From assembly GCA_020025595.1 (NCBI GenBank), contig JAHHRV010000007.1:44311-108310 (forward strand): 64,000 nt of DNA, read 5' to 3'. Under the pieces are notes generated by a model. The model did not search any database. It was not told where the DNA came from and saw nothing but the letters and a program-made list of their open reading frames with translations. Numbering within the stretch: position 1 is the stretch's first letter; each line of letters begins with the position of its first letter. Made by a program: the position numbers and the translations under genes. Positions 7,139 through 17,900 of the stretch are shown here, one piece after another. The stretch comes from Oscillospiraceae bacterium. Lineage in GTDB: Bacteria > Bacillota > Clostridia > Oscillospirales > Oscillospiraceae.

Positions 7139-10100
7139 TTACAATCTATGCTTCTTCCCATAGACAACAGCCAAACAAATAACAGAGGCAGTAAACATTG
7201 TCACGAGCATAAACACGCTGTTATCACCTGTATGCGGTGAACCTTGATCAGGCGCTTTTTCGGTATTATCTGTACTGCCGGTATTCTGGGTGCTTTCCGT
7301 ATTTTGAGCAGTCTCTGTACTCAGAGTCCCCTCTGTGCTTTCCGTACTCTCCGTACTCTGAGTTGCCTCGGTACTTTCTGTACTCTCTGTGCTCTGAGTT
7401 GCCTCGGTACTTTCCGTACTCTCTGTGCCCTGAGTTGCCTCGGTGCTTTCAGTACTCTCTGTGCCCTGAGTTGCCTCAGTACTTTCCGTACTCTCCGTGC
7501 TCTGAGTTGCCTCAGTACTTTCCGTGCTCTCCGTGCTCTGAGTACCCTCTGTGCTTTCCGTGCTCTCCGTGCTCTGAGTACCCTCTGTGCTTTCCGTAGA
7601 CTCAGTTGCTTCGGTGGTTTCTGTTGTTTCGGTATTTCCGCCGCCACCAGAACCATCGTCAATGTCTGTTACATTGACATAGACACTATCCGCATAGACA
7701 TCGTCAATTTCATAGCCATTGGCAACAACCCTCTTAATACTTCTATCCGCTTCCACCTTAACCGACACAGTATATCCTTCCAGATTATCCTTCAGCAAGT
7801 CCAGTGTAGCAGATTTTGCCGTTGCAAGAACCTTGGTTTCCTGAACAACCTTGTCACCATCGTAGATTCTGACCAGAATATCCCGGCTGCCCTCTTGCTT
7901 ATATGTATCCCAAGTGACATGAAGCTTTCCGTTCTCCACGCGGTATTTCGGATTCTGAACCGCCGGCAGCTGGATTCTGGAATCATCATAATCATTCAAG
8001 TTCAAAGCAGAAACAGGCTCAATCTCGACTGCCTTATCCTGCAGTACATAGACCGAAGCAGACATATCCTTGGAATTCACAACAACTTGTCCATTTCTTA
8101 CCGTCACGGTATTACCGGACATAACATCTTTCAAAACATCGCCGTCCTTGAAGCCGTAACGCTCCAATCTGTCCAGTGTGATGGTTTTGGAAGCATTTTT
8201 ATCGCTGTTATTCAGGATCGTGATGGCTTTGTTCTGATTGCCGTAACGCGCATATGCGATGTACTGGTCGTCTCTGTGAGACTTGATTTCCTCAAATGCA
8301 CCATATACAAATGCATCCTGATTCTTTTTGCGCGTTGCAATCAAAGTTCTGTAATCATCGAGCATCTCTGTATTCCAGTTATCCAGATTCCAGTCAAATG
8401 TTGCTCTGTTATAAGGATCTTTGCCCTCACCTTTGCCGACCATGCCGATTTCATCGCCATAATAAATCATGGGAATGCCGGGATATGTCATTTGCAGTGC
8501 AATTGCAAGCTCCATCATGGCATTATTATCAGGTCCAACATAATCCCAGTTCAGGAAACGCTGCTTATCATGGGTGGAAATGGAGTTTGTCGAATTCAGG
8601 ATTGTCTGATACGGGAAGCCCTTAAAGTAATTTCTTGTGAAGATGCCGATATCGGCAACACTCATCAGCTTTCCATCTTCGTTGGTCTTATTATCGAGGC
8701 TCTGATTGCCCAGCCAGGAATTAGCACTTCTGTTCTCGATGAAAGGCATCATGAATCCGCCGTAATTCATTTTAGAATCCCAAGCTTTTCCATAGTACCA
8801 TTGATTATCGTTGCCCCAGAATTCGCCCAGGACAAAGGCGTCTTCCTTCACATCTCTAACCGCTGAACGGAATTCCTGCCAGATCTTCAGGTTTGCCTCT
8901 CTCTGCTGTTCATCCGTCTGCTTGGCATTGATGTCCAGTTGAGGATCATACTTGTAGTCTCTGGGGGCGACGTTAACATCTTCTGCTGCATCCAATCTCC
9001 AGCCATCAATATTGTAAGGCGGACGCATATAACGCTTTGCAATGGAGTTTTCAGCACCGTAGATGTACATCTTCAAGTCTTCATTGCTATAGTTAAGCTT
9101 TGCCAGATTGGTGTAGCCGTGCCACGGATAGAAGTCAATGGCAATTCCAGACTTGTCCACATACTTTCCTTCGTCGTAGAAGTAATAGCGATCCTTGAAT
9201 TTCTGGAACAAATCGCCCTCGACACTTGTATGGTTAAATACACCGTCAAGAATCAAGTTCATGTTATTTTGATCCAGTGCAGAACTCAATTCCACCAGCG
9301 CCTGGTTACCACCGAAGTTTTTATCGACGAACTCATAGGTATCTGCATCGTATTTGTGGTCACTTCCCGACTGGAAAATTGGCATCAGATACAGTGCATC
9401 TACACCCAAAACATCTTTTAGATATGGAATTGCTTCGTTGACACCGATCAGGTCACCGCCGAAGAACTGGTTATTCCAAATCATGTCACTTTCGGTACCG
9501 TTGAATATTTCACCATTCCATGCTCCGATTTCCGAAGGATTGCCAAACTGGGAAACATCCTTGGCAACTCTGTTGTTGCTGGAGTCACCGTCTCTGAAAC
9601 GGTCTACCATAATCTGATAAAATACAGATTCTTTCGACCATTTAGGAGTCGAATAATCCGGAACAATGGAGAAACCATAGTCAATACCAGATTTAGGATT
9701 GGACGGGTCAAATTTGGGAGCTGTTTCGGTTACACCTCGATTGTTACCGCCAGCGCCACCGCTGATCCACGCTGTCTTTACAGGGCTTGCCGCCGTATTC
9801 TTCACTTCAAAGTTATAATACTTTGTGCTTGCACCCGCAGGGATGACGCCCTCCCAGAACTCGATCTTGGATTTGTCGTAGCCCTTTCCATCATAGAACG
9901 CATCATCTGTAATTTTAGACATTTCGACCTGACGGGTCTCCCGTGTTGCCTCGTCATAATAATGTACATAGGCTTCTGTGATCTCGCCTGCCTTGGCTCT
10001 GAAACGAACCTTTACATCATCCGTGGATTTGGGCTCCATGGGTTCCATGTAGTCAACACTCTGGTCAGCAAACAAATAATCCCACTGGATATCCTCCTTT

Positions 10101-13100
10101 GCCCCCTCCTGATCGTACAGAACCATCATACTGTTAGGACTAATCTTAAAGTCAACAGTATCTCCATTCTGTGTGATCACCTTGATCGGAGTCTTCAGAT
10201 TCACTCCGGTATAATCTGCAACCACATTCCATTTGCCACTTGTGGACTGGGGCAACCAGGTAATGGCCTTCTCATTCATAGAGCCGTTGTAAATCACCAG
10301 GATGTTTTTCCATGTATCCCCGTTCGCATGATCCATCAAATACTGCAGGATAATTTCATCATCATAGTTCAAACGATATACCTTCTGGTGACTCTGAATC
10401 TGATCCTTCGAAGTCATGCGGAACGCAGGGTGTTCCTTTCGCAGCTGAATCAGGCCCTTGTAATAGTTAAAGACCTCCTCATATTCTGCCTTGTCCGCCC
10501 AGTCAATATCATTGATTTCATCATTGCTCTTATAACTATTATGGTCACCCTGTTTGGTTCTTAGGATCTCGGATCCACCCTGGAAGAACGGGATTCCCTG
10601 AGAAGTCAGAACCAAGCCACTGCCAAGAATGGTCTTTTTGACTCTCCAATCTGACAGAGCATCCTCGGAAATGCCTTCTCTGAACTTTCCGTTTTCAACT
10701 CCGGTCTCACTTTTTTCAACCTGATCCCAAATGGAGTAGTTGTCATGGGCTTCTACATAGTTAATGATATACTCGGGATCATTAACCAAACTGCCGGTAG
10801 AACCTCTGATGCCCTCCTGGACCTCTCCGGAGGATTGCTCACTGATCCCACCATTGATAAATCCTTTACCGGGGTTATTGTCGCCTCTCAATGCATTGCG
10901 ATATACATCGTTAAAAGCAGCAATTCCCTTATTCTTGGTGGTTTGCTGGTCTCCGGGCAGCGGAGAAGCCGCTGCTGCCCAAGGTTCACCGTAAACGATG
11001 ATAGACGGATCGAGTTTCTGCGCCTCTGTCTTGACTTCGTTCATTGTCTCCTGATCCAACAACGCCATCAGATCAAAGCGCAAGCCATCGACCTTATAGT
11101 CCTTGATCCAATGCAAGTTAGAGTCCACAATGAACTTTCTAACCATGGGTCTTTCAGATGCAACTTCGTTTCCGCAACCGGAACCGTTGGACTTGCTTCC
11201 ATTGGGCCAGCTTCTGAAATAGTATCCCGGAACAATGTTGTTCATGTTGTCGACAGAATACATATGGTTATACACCTGATCCAAGACAACTCTGATATTG
11301 TTTTTATGCATTCCCTGAACCATCTGTCTGAATTCCAGAATTCTGGTTTTGGGATTTGTGGGGTCTGTGGAATAGCTTCCCTCCGGAACATTATAGTGTT
11401 TCGGATCGTAACCCCAATTTCGGTTCGGCTCTCCATTTTCTTTCAAACCACCAAAGCCGAGGTCGCCTGTTTCTTCAACGGATGCGATATCGTATGTAGG
11501 CAGCAGATGAACGTGTGTAACACCCAGTTCTTTCAAATGGTCAAGTCCTGTTGTTACTGTTTTGCCGTTTGCATCTTTATAGGTTGTTCCTTCTTCTACA
11601 ACACCTAAATACTTACCTGCGTGTTCTGATTTACCACCCCAATCGCTGTCAATGGTAAAATCTCTGACGTGCATCTCATAAATGATAGAGTCTTCGGGAT
11701 GAACCAGCTCCGGTCGATCGGTTTTTTCCCAGCCTGCAGGTATTGTCTCAGGATCATTGATATCCAGCAAAACACCCTTTGCACCGTCTGTTCCAACTGC
11801 ATTGGCATATGGATCAACTGCGTAGGTGATTCTGTCAACAATCTTTCCTTCTGTATCTCGCATTTTGAAATGCAGCCTGTACATATAATACTGATTGTAG
11901 TTTGCACCACGGTCAATTGTGATGTAGTGCGTGCCGTCACCATTTGCAAAACTCATCGGATATGTCGCAGTAGGATCCTCTACTGCCTGCTCTACACTGT
12001 TATAAGTAAGAACTTCGACTTTATGTGCAGTCGGTGCCCACAGTCTCAGGTTGATCTGGCTGTCTGTGTAGGTGGCGCCCATATCATTTCCATCGTAATA
12101 GAAACTGTCTAACACATTCCGCATTACCACTGTCGTGGGCATTGTGAACATATTATCAGCTTTGACCTCAAGGAGTGCTGCTGTATCCAGTGTATCTGCA
12201 ATAGAAGATGTATCAAATACCACCTTTTTGTCATCTTCATAAACGGTAGCCTGTACATTCTCTTGCTTTACATCATCGATATAAAGCGCAAAGTTGATAC
12301 CTGCCCGTGGCTTTTCAGAAAGGTAGGCTGTGATGCTTTCCTTGCTGTCCATAATGGCAGTAGTGATTTTGGGTCTTGCCGCCAGTACCGCACTTTCCAG
12401 CGAAGTGTATAGATTGGGGTCATCTTTGATGATATATGCATTTTTCTGGTCCAAAGGAACTTCATATGTAGGTGTTTCCTCTTGCCAGTCTCCTTTTCTG
12501 ACAATCACACGATCTTTTGTCAGAAAAGCTGCTTTACCCAAATCGGTGTCTTCGTCGAAATTGACCGGTGTTCCATTTCCCCCCTGACCGAAACTCCAGT
12601 AGTTCCACTGGTCGTAATTCCCATCTTGTTTCAGGAAATGAACCAATGTACCATTTGTTTCATTTTGGGATACTGTAACGGTTTTTGTTGTAAATTCTGT
12701 TCCTGCTGTAGCTTTGATTTCAATAGTTGTTCCGTCTGCTACATCTTCAGAAACCCACAACTGATGATTCTCTATACGCGCACCAGGAACATCTTGACTA
12801 AGTTCCAGATTCGCGTCATTTTCAATTTTTATATTGGCGTATTCATCCGTTGTCAGAGCAATAACATCCACCGGGCAGTTTGCTGACACGGTATCTCTGG
12901 AGGTCTTTATTTTCAAAGACGAGCTTGGCGCAACCGGCTCTTCTTTCTCCCAGTGGAAGCTTGAATCGTCTCCGTCATATCCACTCTGATTGATCCATTC
13001 TTCTGAGCCATCTTCTTTAATCAGAATGAACTTATACTTATAATCTCCGGTTGCCAGATCGCCGACATAGACATCAGCCATCATCTTCCAAATGTTATTG

Positions 13101-13393
13101 TCATTGGGATCCTCTTTCCATTCGAGCTTACAGTTGTCGCTTTTTTCCCAATTATTAAATTCGCCAACCGCATAAGCGTATTTGTAACCATCCGCCTTAA
13201 CGATAAATTTAATTGTCTTGTTCGCAGGATTCTGATACAATGCCGTGTATCTTTGCGGTGCTTCAGCAGAAATCACCATCCATGGCTGGATCAGCGATAC
13301 AGAAAATGCAAGTACCAGAATCAGCGATATCACTTTTTTATATACTGCGGATTTCATGCTTGTTTTACTATTTCTGTCATTACTAAAAATCAC
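7139..13393 (-). CDS. Cell-wall-anchored amylopullulanase with two GH13 catalytic modules, a type I pullulanase-like module followed by an alpha-amylase/neopullulanase-like module
   Basis: Module 1 carries GH13 regions I-IV: VLDQVYNHM, DGLRFDLMAL, YGEPW, VEAHDN. Module 2 carries LDGVFNHTS, DGWRLDAAED, LGEFWG, ISTHDK. There is an N-terminal signal/TM segment and CBM-like domains. The GTG start at 13393 has GAGGAG 7 nt upstream. An internal ATG (MKSAVYKK) is an alternative start. Confidence 0.9.
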   Translation of the reverse strand: MIFSNDRNSKTSMKSAVYKKVISLILVLAFSVSLIQPWMVISAEAPQRYTALYQNPANKTIKFIVKADGYKYAYAVGEFNNWEKSDNCKLEWKEDPNDNNIWKMMADVYVGDLATGDYKYKFILIKEDGSEEWINQSGYDGDDSSFHWEKEEPVAPSSSLKIKTSRDTVSANCPVDVIALTTDEYANIKIENDANLELSQDVPGARIENHQLWVSEDVADGTTIEIKATAGTEFTTKTVTVSQNETNGTLVHFLKQDGNYDQWNYWSFGQGGNGTPVNFDEDTDLGKAAFLTKDRVIVRKGDWQEETPTYEVPLDQKNAYIIKDDPNLYTSLESAVLAARPKITTAIMDSKESITAYLSEKPRAGINFALYIDDVKQENVQATVYEDDKKVVFDTSSIADTLDTAALLEVKADNMFTMPTTVVMRNVLDSFYYDGNDMGATYTDSQINLRLWAPTAHKVEVLTYNSVEQAVEDPTATYPMSFANGDGTHYITIDRGANYNQYYMYRLHFKMRDTEGKIVDRITYAVDPYANAVGTDGAKGVLLDINDPETIPAGWEKTDRPELVHPEDSIIYEMHVRDFTIDSDWGGKSEHAGKYLGVVEEGTTYKDANGKTVTTGLDHLKELGVTHVHLLPTYDIASVEETGDLGFGGLKENGEPNRNWGYDPKHYNVPEGSYSTDPTNPKTRILEFRQMVQGMHKNNIRVVLDQVYNHMYSVDNMNNIVPGYYFRSWPNGSKSNGSGCGNEVASERPMVRKFIVDSNLHWIKDYKVDGLRFDLMALLDQETMNEVKTEAQKLDPSIIVYGEPWAAAASPLPGDQQTTKNKGIAAFNDVYRNALRGDNNPGKGFINGGISEQSSGEVQEGIRGSTGSLVNDPEYIINYVEAHDNYSIWDQVEKSETGVENGKFREGISEDALSDWRVKKTILGSGLVLTSQGIPFFQGGSEILRTKQGDHNSYKSNDEINDIDWADKAEYEEVFNYYKGLIQLRKEHPAFRMTSKDQIQSHQKVYRLNYDDEIILQYLMDHANGDTWKNILVIYNGSMNEKAITWLPQSTSGKWNVVADYTGVNLKTPIKVITQNGDTVDFKISPNSMMVLYDQEGAKEDIQWDYLFADQSVDYMEPMEPKSTDDVKVRFRAKAGEITEAYVHYYDEATRETRQVEMSKITDDAFYDGKGYDKSKIEFWEGVIPAGASTKYYNFEVKNTAASPVKTAWISGGAGGNNRGVTETAPKFDPSNPKSGIDYGFSIVPDYSTPKWSKESVFYQIMVDRFRDGDSSNNRVAKDVSQFGNPSEIGAWNGEIFNGTESDMIWNNQFFGGDLIGVNEAIPYLKDVLGVDALYLMPIFQSGSDHKYDADTYEFVDKNFGGNQALVELSSALDQNNMNLILDGVFNHTSVEGDLFQKFKDRYYFYDEGKYVDKSGIAIDFYPWHGYTNLAKLNYSNEDLKMYIYGAENSIAKRYMRPPYNIDGWRLDAAEDVNVAPRDYKYDPQLDINAKQTDEQQREANLKIWQEFRSAVRDVKEDAFVLGEFWGNDNQWYYGKAWDSKMNYGGFMMPFIENRSANSWLGNQSLDNKTNEDGKLMSVADIGIFTRNYFKGFPYQTILNSTNSISTHDKQRFLNWDYVGPDNNAMMELAIALQMTYPGIPMIYYGDEIGMVGKGEGKDPYNRATFDWNLDNWNTEMLDDYRTLIATRKKNQDAFVYGAFEEIKSHRDDQYIAYARYGNQNKAITILNNSDKNASKTITLDRLERYGFKDGDVLKDVMSGNTVTVRNGQVVVNSKDMSASVYVLQDKAVEIEPVSALNLNDYDDSRIQLPAVQNPKYRVENGKLHVTWDTYKQEGSRDILVRIYDGDKVVQETKVLATAKSATLDLLKDNLEGYTVSVKVEADRSIKRVVANGYEIDDVYADSVYVNVTDIDDGSGGGGNTETTETTEATESTESTEGTQSTESTESTEGTQSTESTESTEATQSTESTESTEATQGTESTESTEATQGTESTESTEATQSTESTESTEATQSTESTESTEGTLSTETAQNTESTQNTGSTDNTEKAPDQGSPHTGDNSVFMLVTMFTASVICLAVVYGKKHRL
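7259..7636 (-). repeat. Thr/Glu/Ser-rich tandem repeat (about 36-bp units, STESTESTEATQ) forming a C-terminal stalk
   Basis: The translation reads TESTESTEGTQSTESTESTEATQ... over about 126 aa. The periodic DNA repeat is visible at 7300-7600. Confidence 0.9.
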
Positions 13394-13560
13394 TCAGCTT
13401 CTCCTCATCTCAATTAAATCGTAGTAGTTTTTACTACCCCTCTCCAAGGGTATGTGCTTTGTTGAGATATTCCGGGATGATTCCAAACTTTCCCGATATA
13501 TCCCTGTATAACAGCTTTTGCTCCACCTCCTGTTCTCATTGTAAAACATCATCATTATCC

Positions 13561-13589
13561 ATTTTAACATCTATATTGTCCATCGTCAA
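13561..13589 (-). promoter_or_regulatory. Sigma-A-type promoter for the amylopullulanase gene
   Basis: On the minus strand, TTGACG (13584-13589) is followed by a 17-nt spacer and TAAAAT (13561-13566). Confidence 0.6.
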
Positions 13590-13685
13590 CTTTTTATACA
13601 GTATGCACACTAAAATATACATAGCACAGAATCCGGTTGCATGACCCATTGCAGCAGCAATTCTGTGAGATTTGCGGTATGCCGT

Positions 13686-13769
13686 TTATGAGTCATTAGG
13701 ATTTCTCCCTTGTATGGTATTGACACCTCCATGTTGAGTGAGCACTGAAATTGCTGTATTCCTTTCCAT
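13686..13769 (-). CDS. Candidate 27-aa small ORF (MERNTAISVLTQHGGVNTIQGRNPNDS)
   Basis: The ATG is preceded by GAAGGAGG at a 6-nt spacing. I recognise no homology, and the ORF is below the track's length cutoff. Confidence 0.25.
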   Translation of the reverse strand: MERNTAISVLTQHGGVNTIQGRNPNDS

Positions 13770-13774
13770 TAAAA

Positions 13775-13834
13775 AACCTCCTTCGATCTTGGTTATGCGG
13801 TCGCCAAACCACTACCATTGCATCGTTGGAGGTT
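13775..13834 (-). promoter_or_regulatory. Long hairpin whose 3' arm contains the Shine-Dalgarno sequence of the 27-codon ORF
   Basis: On the minus strand, AACCTCCAACGAT, a 34-nt loop and ATCGAAGGAGGTT form 11 of 13 base pairs. On the plus strand the same hairpin is followed by gttttt. Confidence 0.4.
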
Positions 13835-13892
13835 GTTTTTCATATACTACAGTATTTCCCCCGGTAGAACCGGAGGTTTTATTGGGCTAAAG

Positions 13893-13932
13893 CGCAAAAA
13901 ACAGGAGTGGCGCAGCTAACGCTGCACCACTC
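13893..13932 (-). terminator. Intrinsic terminator after the nucleoside phosphorylase gene
   Basis: The stem pairs ggagtggcgcagc with gctgcaccactcc with one mismatch. A T-run (tgttttttg) follows on the minus strand. Confidence 0.8.
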
Positions 13933-14019
13933 CGCATAAATTTCATATTTCCCTGCCAGAGGGCTTTTTGTACTGTCCGTAGAAACTCGGGCAGTTCAGT
14001 TTTGCTGAGAGGATCACTT

Positions 14020-14793
14020 TTACTTTCTGTTTGCCTGATCCTGCTGAATCAGCGTCTTCACAGCCTCGATGCCGACCTTGATTGCGCCGGAAGTATCCTC
14101 GGTCATGGGCATTGCCAGACCGGCCTTCTCCCGCTCCTGATTCCAGATGACATGGAAGCAGGAACCGCAGCGCACACCCAGTGCAGCTGCTACCACGAAC
14201 AGTGCAGCGGACTCCATCTCGCTGGCCTTTACACCCAGACGCTTCCAGGACTCCCACTTTTGCAGCAGGTCATAGTATACGGGGCTCTTCTCCGGGCTGT
14301 GCTGGCCGTAGAATGCATCCTTACACTGCACGACACCCATGTGGGTTCTGTAGCCCAGCTTGCGGCTGGCGCTTGCCAGTGCGCTGGCAATGTCAAAATC
14401 TGCAACTGCCGGGAATTCAATGGGGGCATACTCCAAAGAAGTATGCTCATACCGGATTGCGCCGGTTGCAACCACCACATCACCGGGGCAGACTTCCATA
14501 TCGATACCGCCGCAGGTACCCACACGGATAAAGGTATCTGCGCCGATGGCGGTCAGCTCTTCCATGGCAATGGCCGCAGAGGGGCCGCCGATGCCGGTGG
14601 AGCATACGCTGACCTTTTCTCCCAGCAGCGTGCCGGTATAGATATTATACTCCCGGTTCATGCCCACATGGACGGGATTATCAAAATGTGACGCAATTGC
14701 CTCGCACCGGCCGGGATCGCCGGGTAAAAATACATAACGGCCTACATCGCCTTCAACGCAGCGAATGTGAAACTGTTTTCCAATATCTTGCAT
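14020..14793 (-). CDS. Nucleoside phosphorylase of the PNP/UDP family, uridine phosphorylase-like
   Basis: The motifs are [13 protein letters not shown] and [16 protein letters not shown]...RVGTCGG. I moved the start to the ATG at 14793, which has GAGG 8 nt upstream. The track ORF extends to 14880. Confidence 0.8.
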   Translation of the reverse strand: MQDIGKQFHIRCVEGDVGRYVFLPGDPGRCEAIASHFDNPVHVGMNREYNIYTGTLLGEKVSVCSTGIGGPSAAIAMEELTAIGADTFIRVGTCGGIDMEVCPGDVVVATGAIRYEHTSLEYAPIEFPAVADFDIASALASASRKLGYRTHMGVVQCKDAFYGQHSPEKSPVYYDLLQKWESWKRLGVKASEMESAALFVVAAALGVRCGSCFHVIWNQEREKAGLAMPMTEDTSGAIKVGIEAVKTLIQQDQANRK

Positions 14794-14919
14794 CAATATA
14801 ACCTCATTTCTAACGGAAATTCGAGCAATGTGGATAACCACAGCTTTTGCACAGAGGTTCTTTTCAGGCACTCTGTACAATACAGCAAGTATAACAAAAT
14901 AACTTCTCTTTGTAAAGAA

Positions 14920-17900
14920 TCAGAATAGGCTGACCTGACTGGTGTCCGGCATATCGCCGAATGCACCGACATCCTTCAGCATCTGGATATGGGTCTTGGA
15001 CACCTTGGGGCAGGCTGCCGAGACCTCTTCGATGGAGATGAAGGTCTTGCCCTCCCGGCCGTGCATCAGATCCCAGGCAGCATTTTCGCCCAGGCCGGAA
15101 ATCGACACAAAGGGAGGCAGAATCTTGCCATCCTTGATGAGGAATTTTGTCGCATGGCTTTCGTACAGCGAAATAGGCAGAAACTCAAAGCCACGCAGGT
15201 TAAACTCATACACAACTTCCAGTGTGGTCAGCAGATCTTCGTCTTTGTCCGTTGCATCCTCGTTGCCGTCGATGGCGTTGATGTTTGCAACGACACTGTC
15301 AATACCGCCGGTCATCATGGCTGCATCAAAGCCGCCCTTCTGACTTCTGCGGTAGAAATACGCCGCATAGAACGCCAGGGGATGATGCACCTTGAACCAC
15401 GCAATACGGAATGCCATCATAACATAGGCAACTGCGTGCGCCTTGGGGAACAGGTACTTGATCTTTTTACACGAGCCAATGTACCAGTCGGGAACACCTG
15501 CGGCGATCATCTCTTCTTCCGCACCCTCGGGAAGGCCTCTGCCCTTTCGGACGGCCTCCATGATCTTAAAGGAGCGCTTCTCCGGCATTCCGCAGGAAAT
15601 CAGATAAATCATGATATCGTCACGACAGCCGATTGCCTCGTCAACGGAAGCGGTTTTAGAGGTGATCAGATCCTTTGCGTTGCCCAACCACACATCGGTA
15701 CCATGAGAGAAACCGGAAAGTCGCAGCAGGGTATCAAATCTTGTGGGCATGGTGTCCATCAGCATGCCTCGTGTAAACCGGGTGTTGAATTCAGGGATTG
15801 CAACTGCGCCGGTGGGACCGAGAATTTTGTCGTTTTCGTAGCCCAGCACCTTGGAGGATGTGAAAATGGACATGGTGTCCTTATCATCCAGAGGAATCGT
15901 CTTGGCATCCACTCCGGTCATGTCTTCCATCATACGAATCATGGTGGGGTCATCGTGACCCAGCATATCCAGCTTCAGCAGATTCTCTTCCATAGAGTGG
16001 TATTCAAAGTGCGTGGTGATCTGGTCTGCCTTGGGGTCATCTGCCGGGTGCTGAACCGGGCAGAAATCCCAGATTTCATTTTCCTGGGGAATAACAACCA
16101 GACCGCCGGGGTGCTGTCCGGTGGTTCTGCGGACGCCGACGCATCCGGATGCCAGACGGTTTTCCTCTGCTCTGGATTCCTTCCGGTCACGCTCGGACAG
16201 GTACTTCTTTACATAGCCGAAAGCAGTCTTTTCTGCAACCGTACCGATGGTTCCTGCCCGGAACACATGGGATTTACCAAACAATTCGACACAATATGCG
16301 TGAGCTCTGGACTGATATTCGCCGGAGAAGTTCAGGTCGATATCAGGAACCTTGTCACCGCCGAAACCCAGGAAGGTTTCAAACGGGATATTAAAGCCGT
16401 CTTTTTCAAATTTGGTTCCGCACTTGGGACAGATCGCATCCGGAAGGTCTGCGCCGCAGCCGTAGCCCTTCGGCACATCGAATGTGGTGTACTTACACTC
16501 CGGGTTGGGACAACGGTAATGGGGCGGGAAGGAATTAACCTCCGTGATGCCGGACATATATGCAACGATAGACGAACCGACGGAACCACGGGAGCCAACC
16601 AGATAGCCATGCTCCAGAGAGTTCTGAACCAGCTTCTGGGCAGACATATAAATAACATCGTAGTGGCAGCTGATGATATCGTGCAGCTCTGTTTCTACAC
16701 GCTTCACCATCAGCTCCGGAGGATTGTCTCCGTAAAGGCGGTGGAATTTTTCATAAACCAGAGCCTTCAGATCTTCCACAGAGTTTTCAATTTTCGGTGC
16801 AAACAGATTGTGAGGCACGGGACGCAGGGTCTCGCACTGGTCTGCAATGAAATTCGTATTCTTGACGACGACCTCATATGCCTTTTCTGCACCCAGATAG
16901 GAAAACTCCCGGAGCATATCGTCAGTTGTTCTGAAATACAGCGGGTTCGAGCGGTCGCAGTCGTCAAAGCCCTTGGTTGCCAGCAGAATGTGTCGGAAAA
17001 TCTCATCTTCCGGATTCAGGAAGTGCACGTCGCCGGTTGCCACAACGGGCTTGCCCAGCTTGTCGCCCAGGCGAATGACAGTGCGGTTGAATTCGCGGAT
17101 TTCCTCTACATCCTTAACCAGGCCCTTGGCCAACATAAACATATTGTTCGCCAGAGGCTGAATCTCCAGGAAATCATAGAACGATGCAATCCGGAGCAGT
17201 TCGTCCTCGCTCTTGTGGTCCATGATCGCCTGATACAGTTCGCCCGCTTCACAGGCAGAACCGATGATGATACCCTCGCGAAGCTCCATCAGCTCCGACT
17301 TGGGGATTCTGGGAACACGCTTAAAGTATTTCAGGTTGGAATCAGAAATCAGATGGTACAGATTTCTCAGACCCACCTGATTCTTGGCAAACAGAATGAT
17401 GTGGCGTGCGTGCCGGTTGTCGATCCGGTTCTTGGAGCGGAGCTTCGGCATTGCCGGGTTGATTCCTGCAAGATCCTTGATCTCCATCTCTTCCAGCCTG
17501 TCCACCAGCCGGGCAAAAATCAGGCCGCAGGTTACTGCATCATCCGCTGCCCGGTGGTGATTGAACTCCGGCAGACTCAGTGCATCCGCCACGATATTCA
17601 GCTTGAACTTATTCAGCTGAGGCAGAAGGTTCTGAGACAGAATCAGTGTATCCACAGAGGTGGGCGCAAAGGGCAGATTCTGTTTCTTTGCCGCCTCACG
17701 AATAAAGCCCACATCGAAATCTGCATTATGGGCAATCAGCGGACGGTCTCCCACAAATTCCAGGAATTTGGGAAGAATCTCCTCAATTTTAGGAGCGCCC
17801 ACCAGCATTTCATCCGTGATGCCCGTCAGATCGATGATCTTGCGTTCCAGCTTTCTGCCGGGATCGACAAAAGTCTGGAAGCGGTCGATTTCCTTGCCCT

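Noticed and set aside
13459-13644. A 61-aa plus-strand ORF in the amylopullulanase upstream region
   Set aside because: It lies in AT-rich non-coding DNA and overlaps the minus-strand promoter. It has no RBS, and its hydrophobic, Ser-rich composition is typical of a random ORF.
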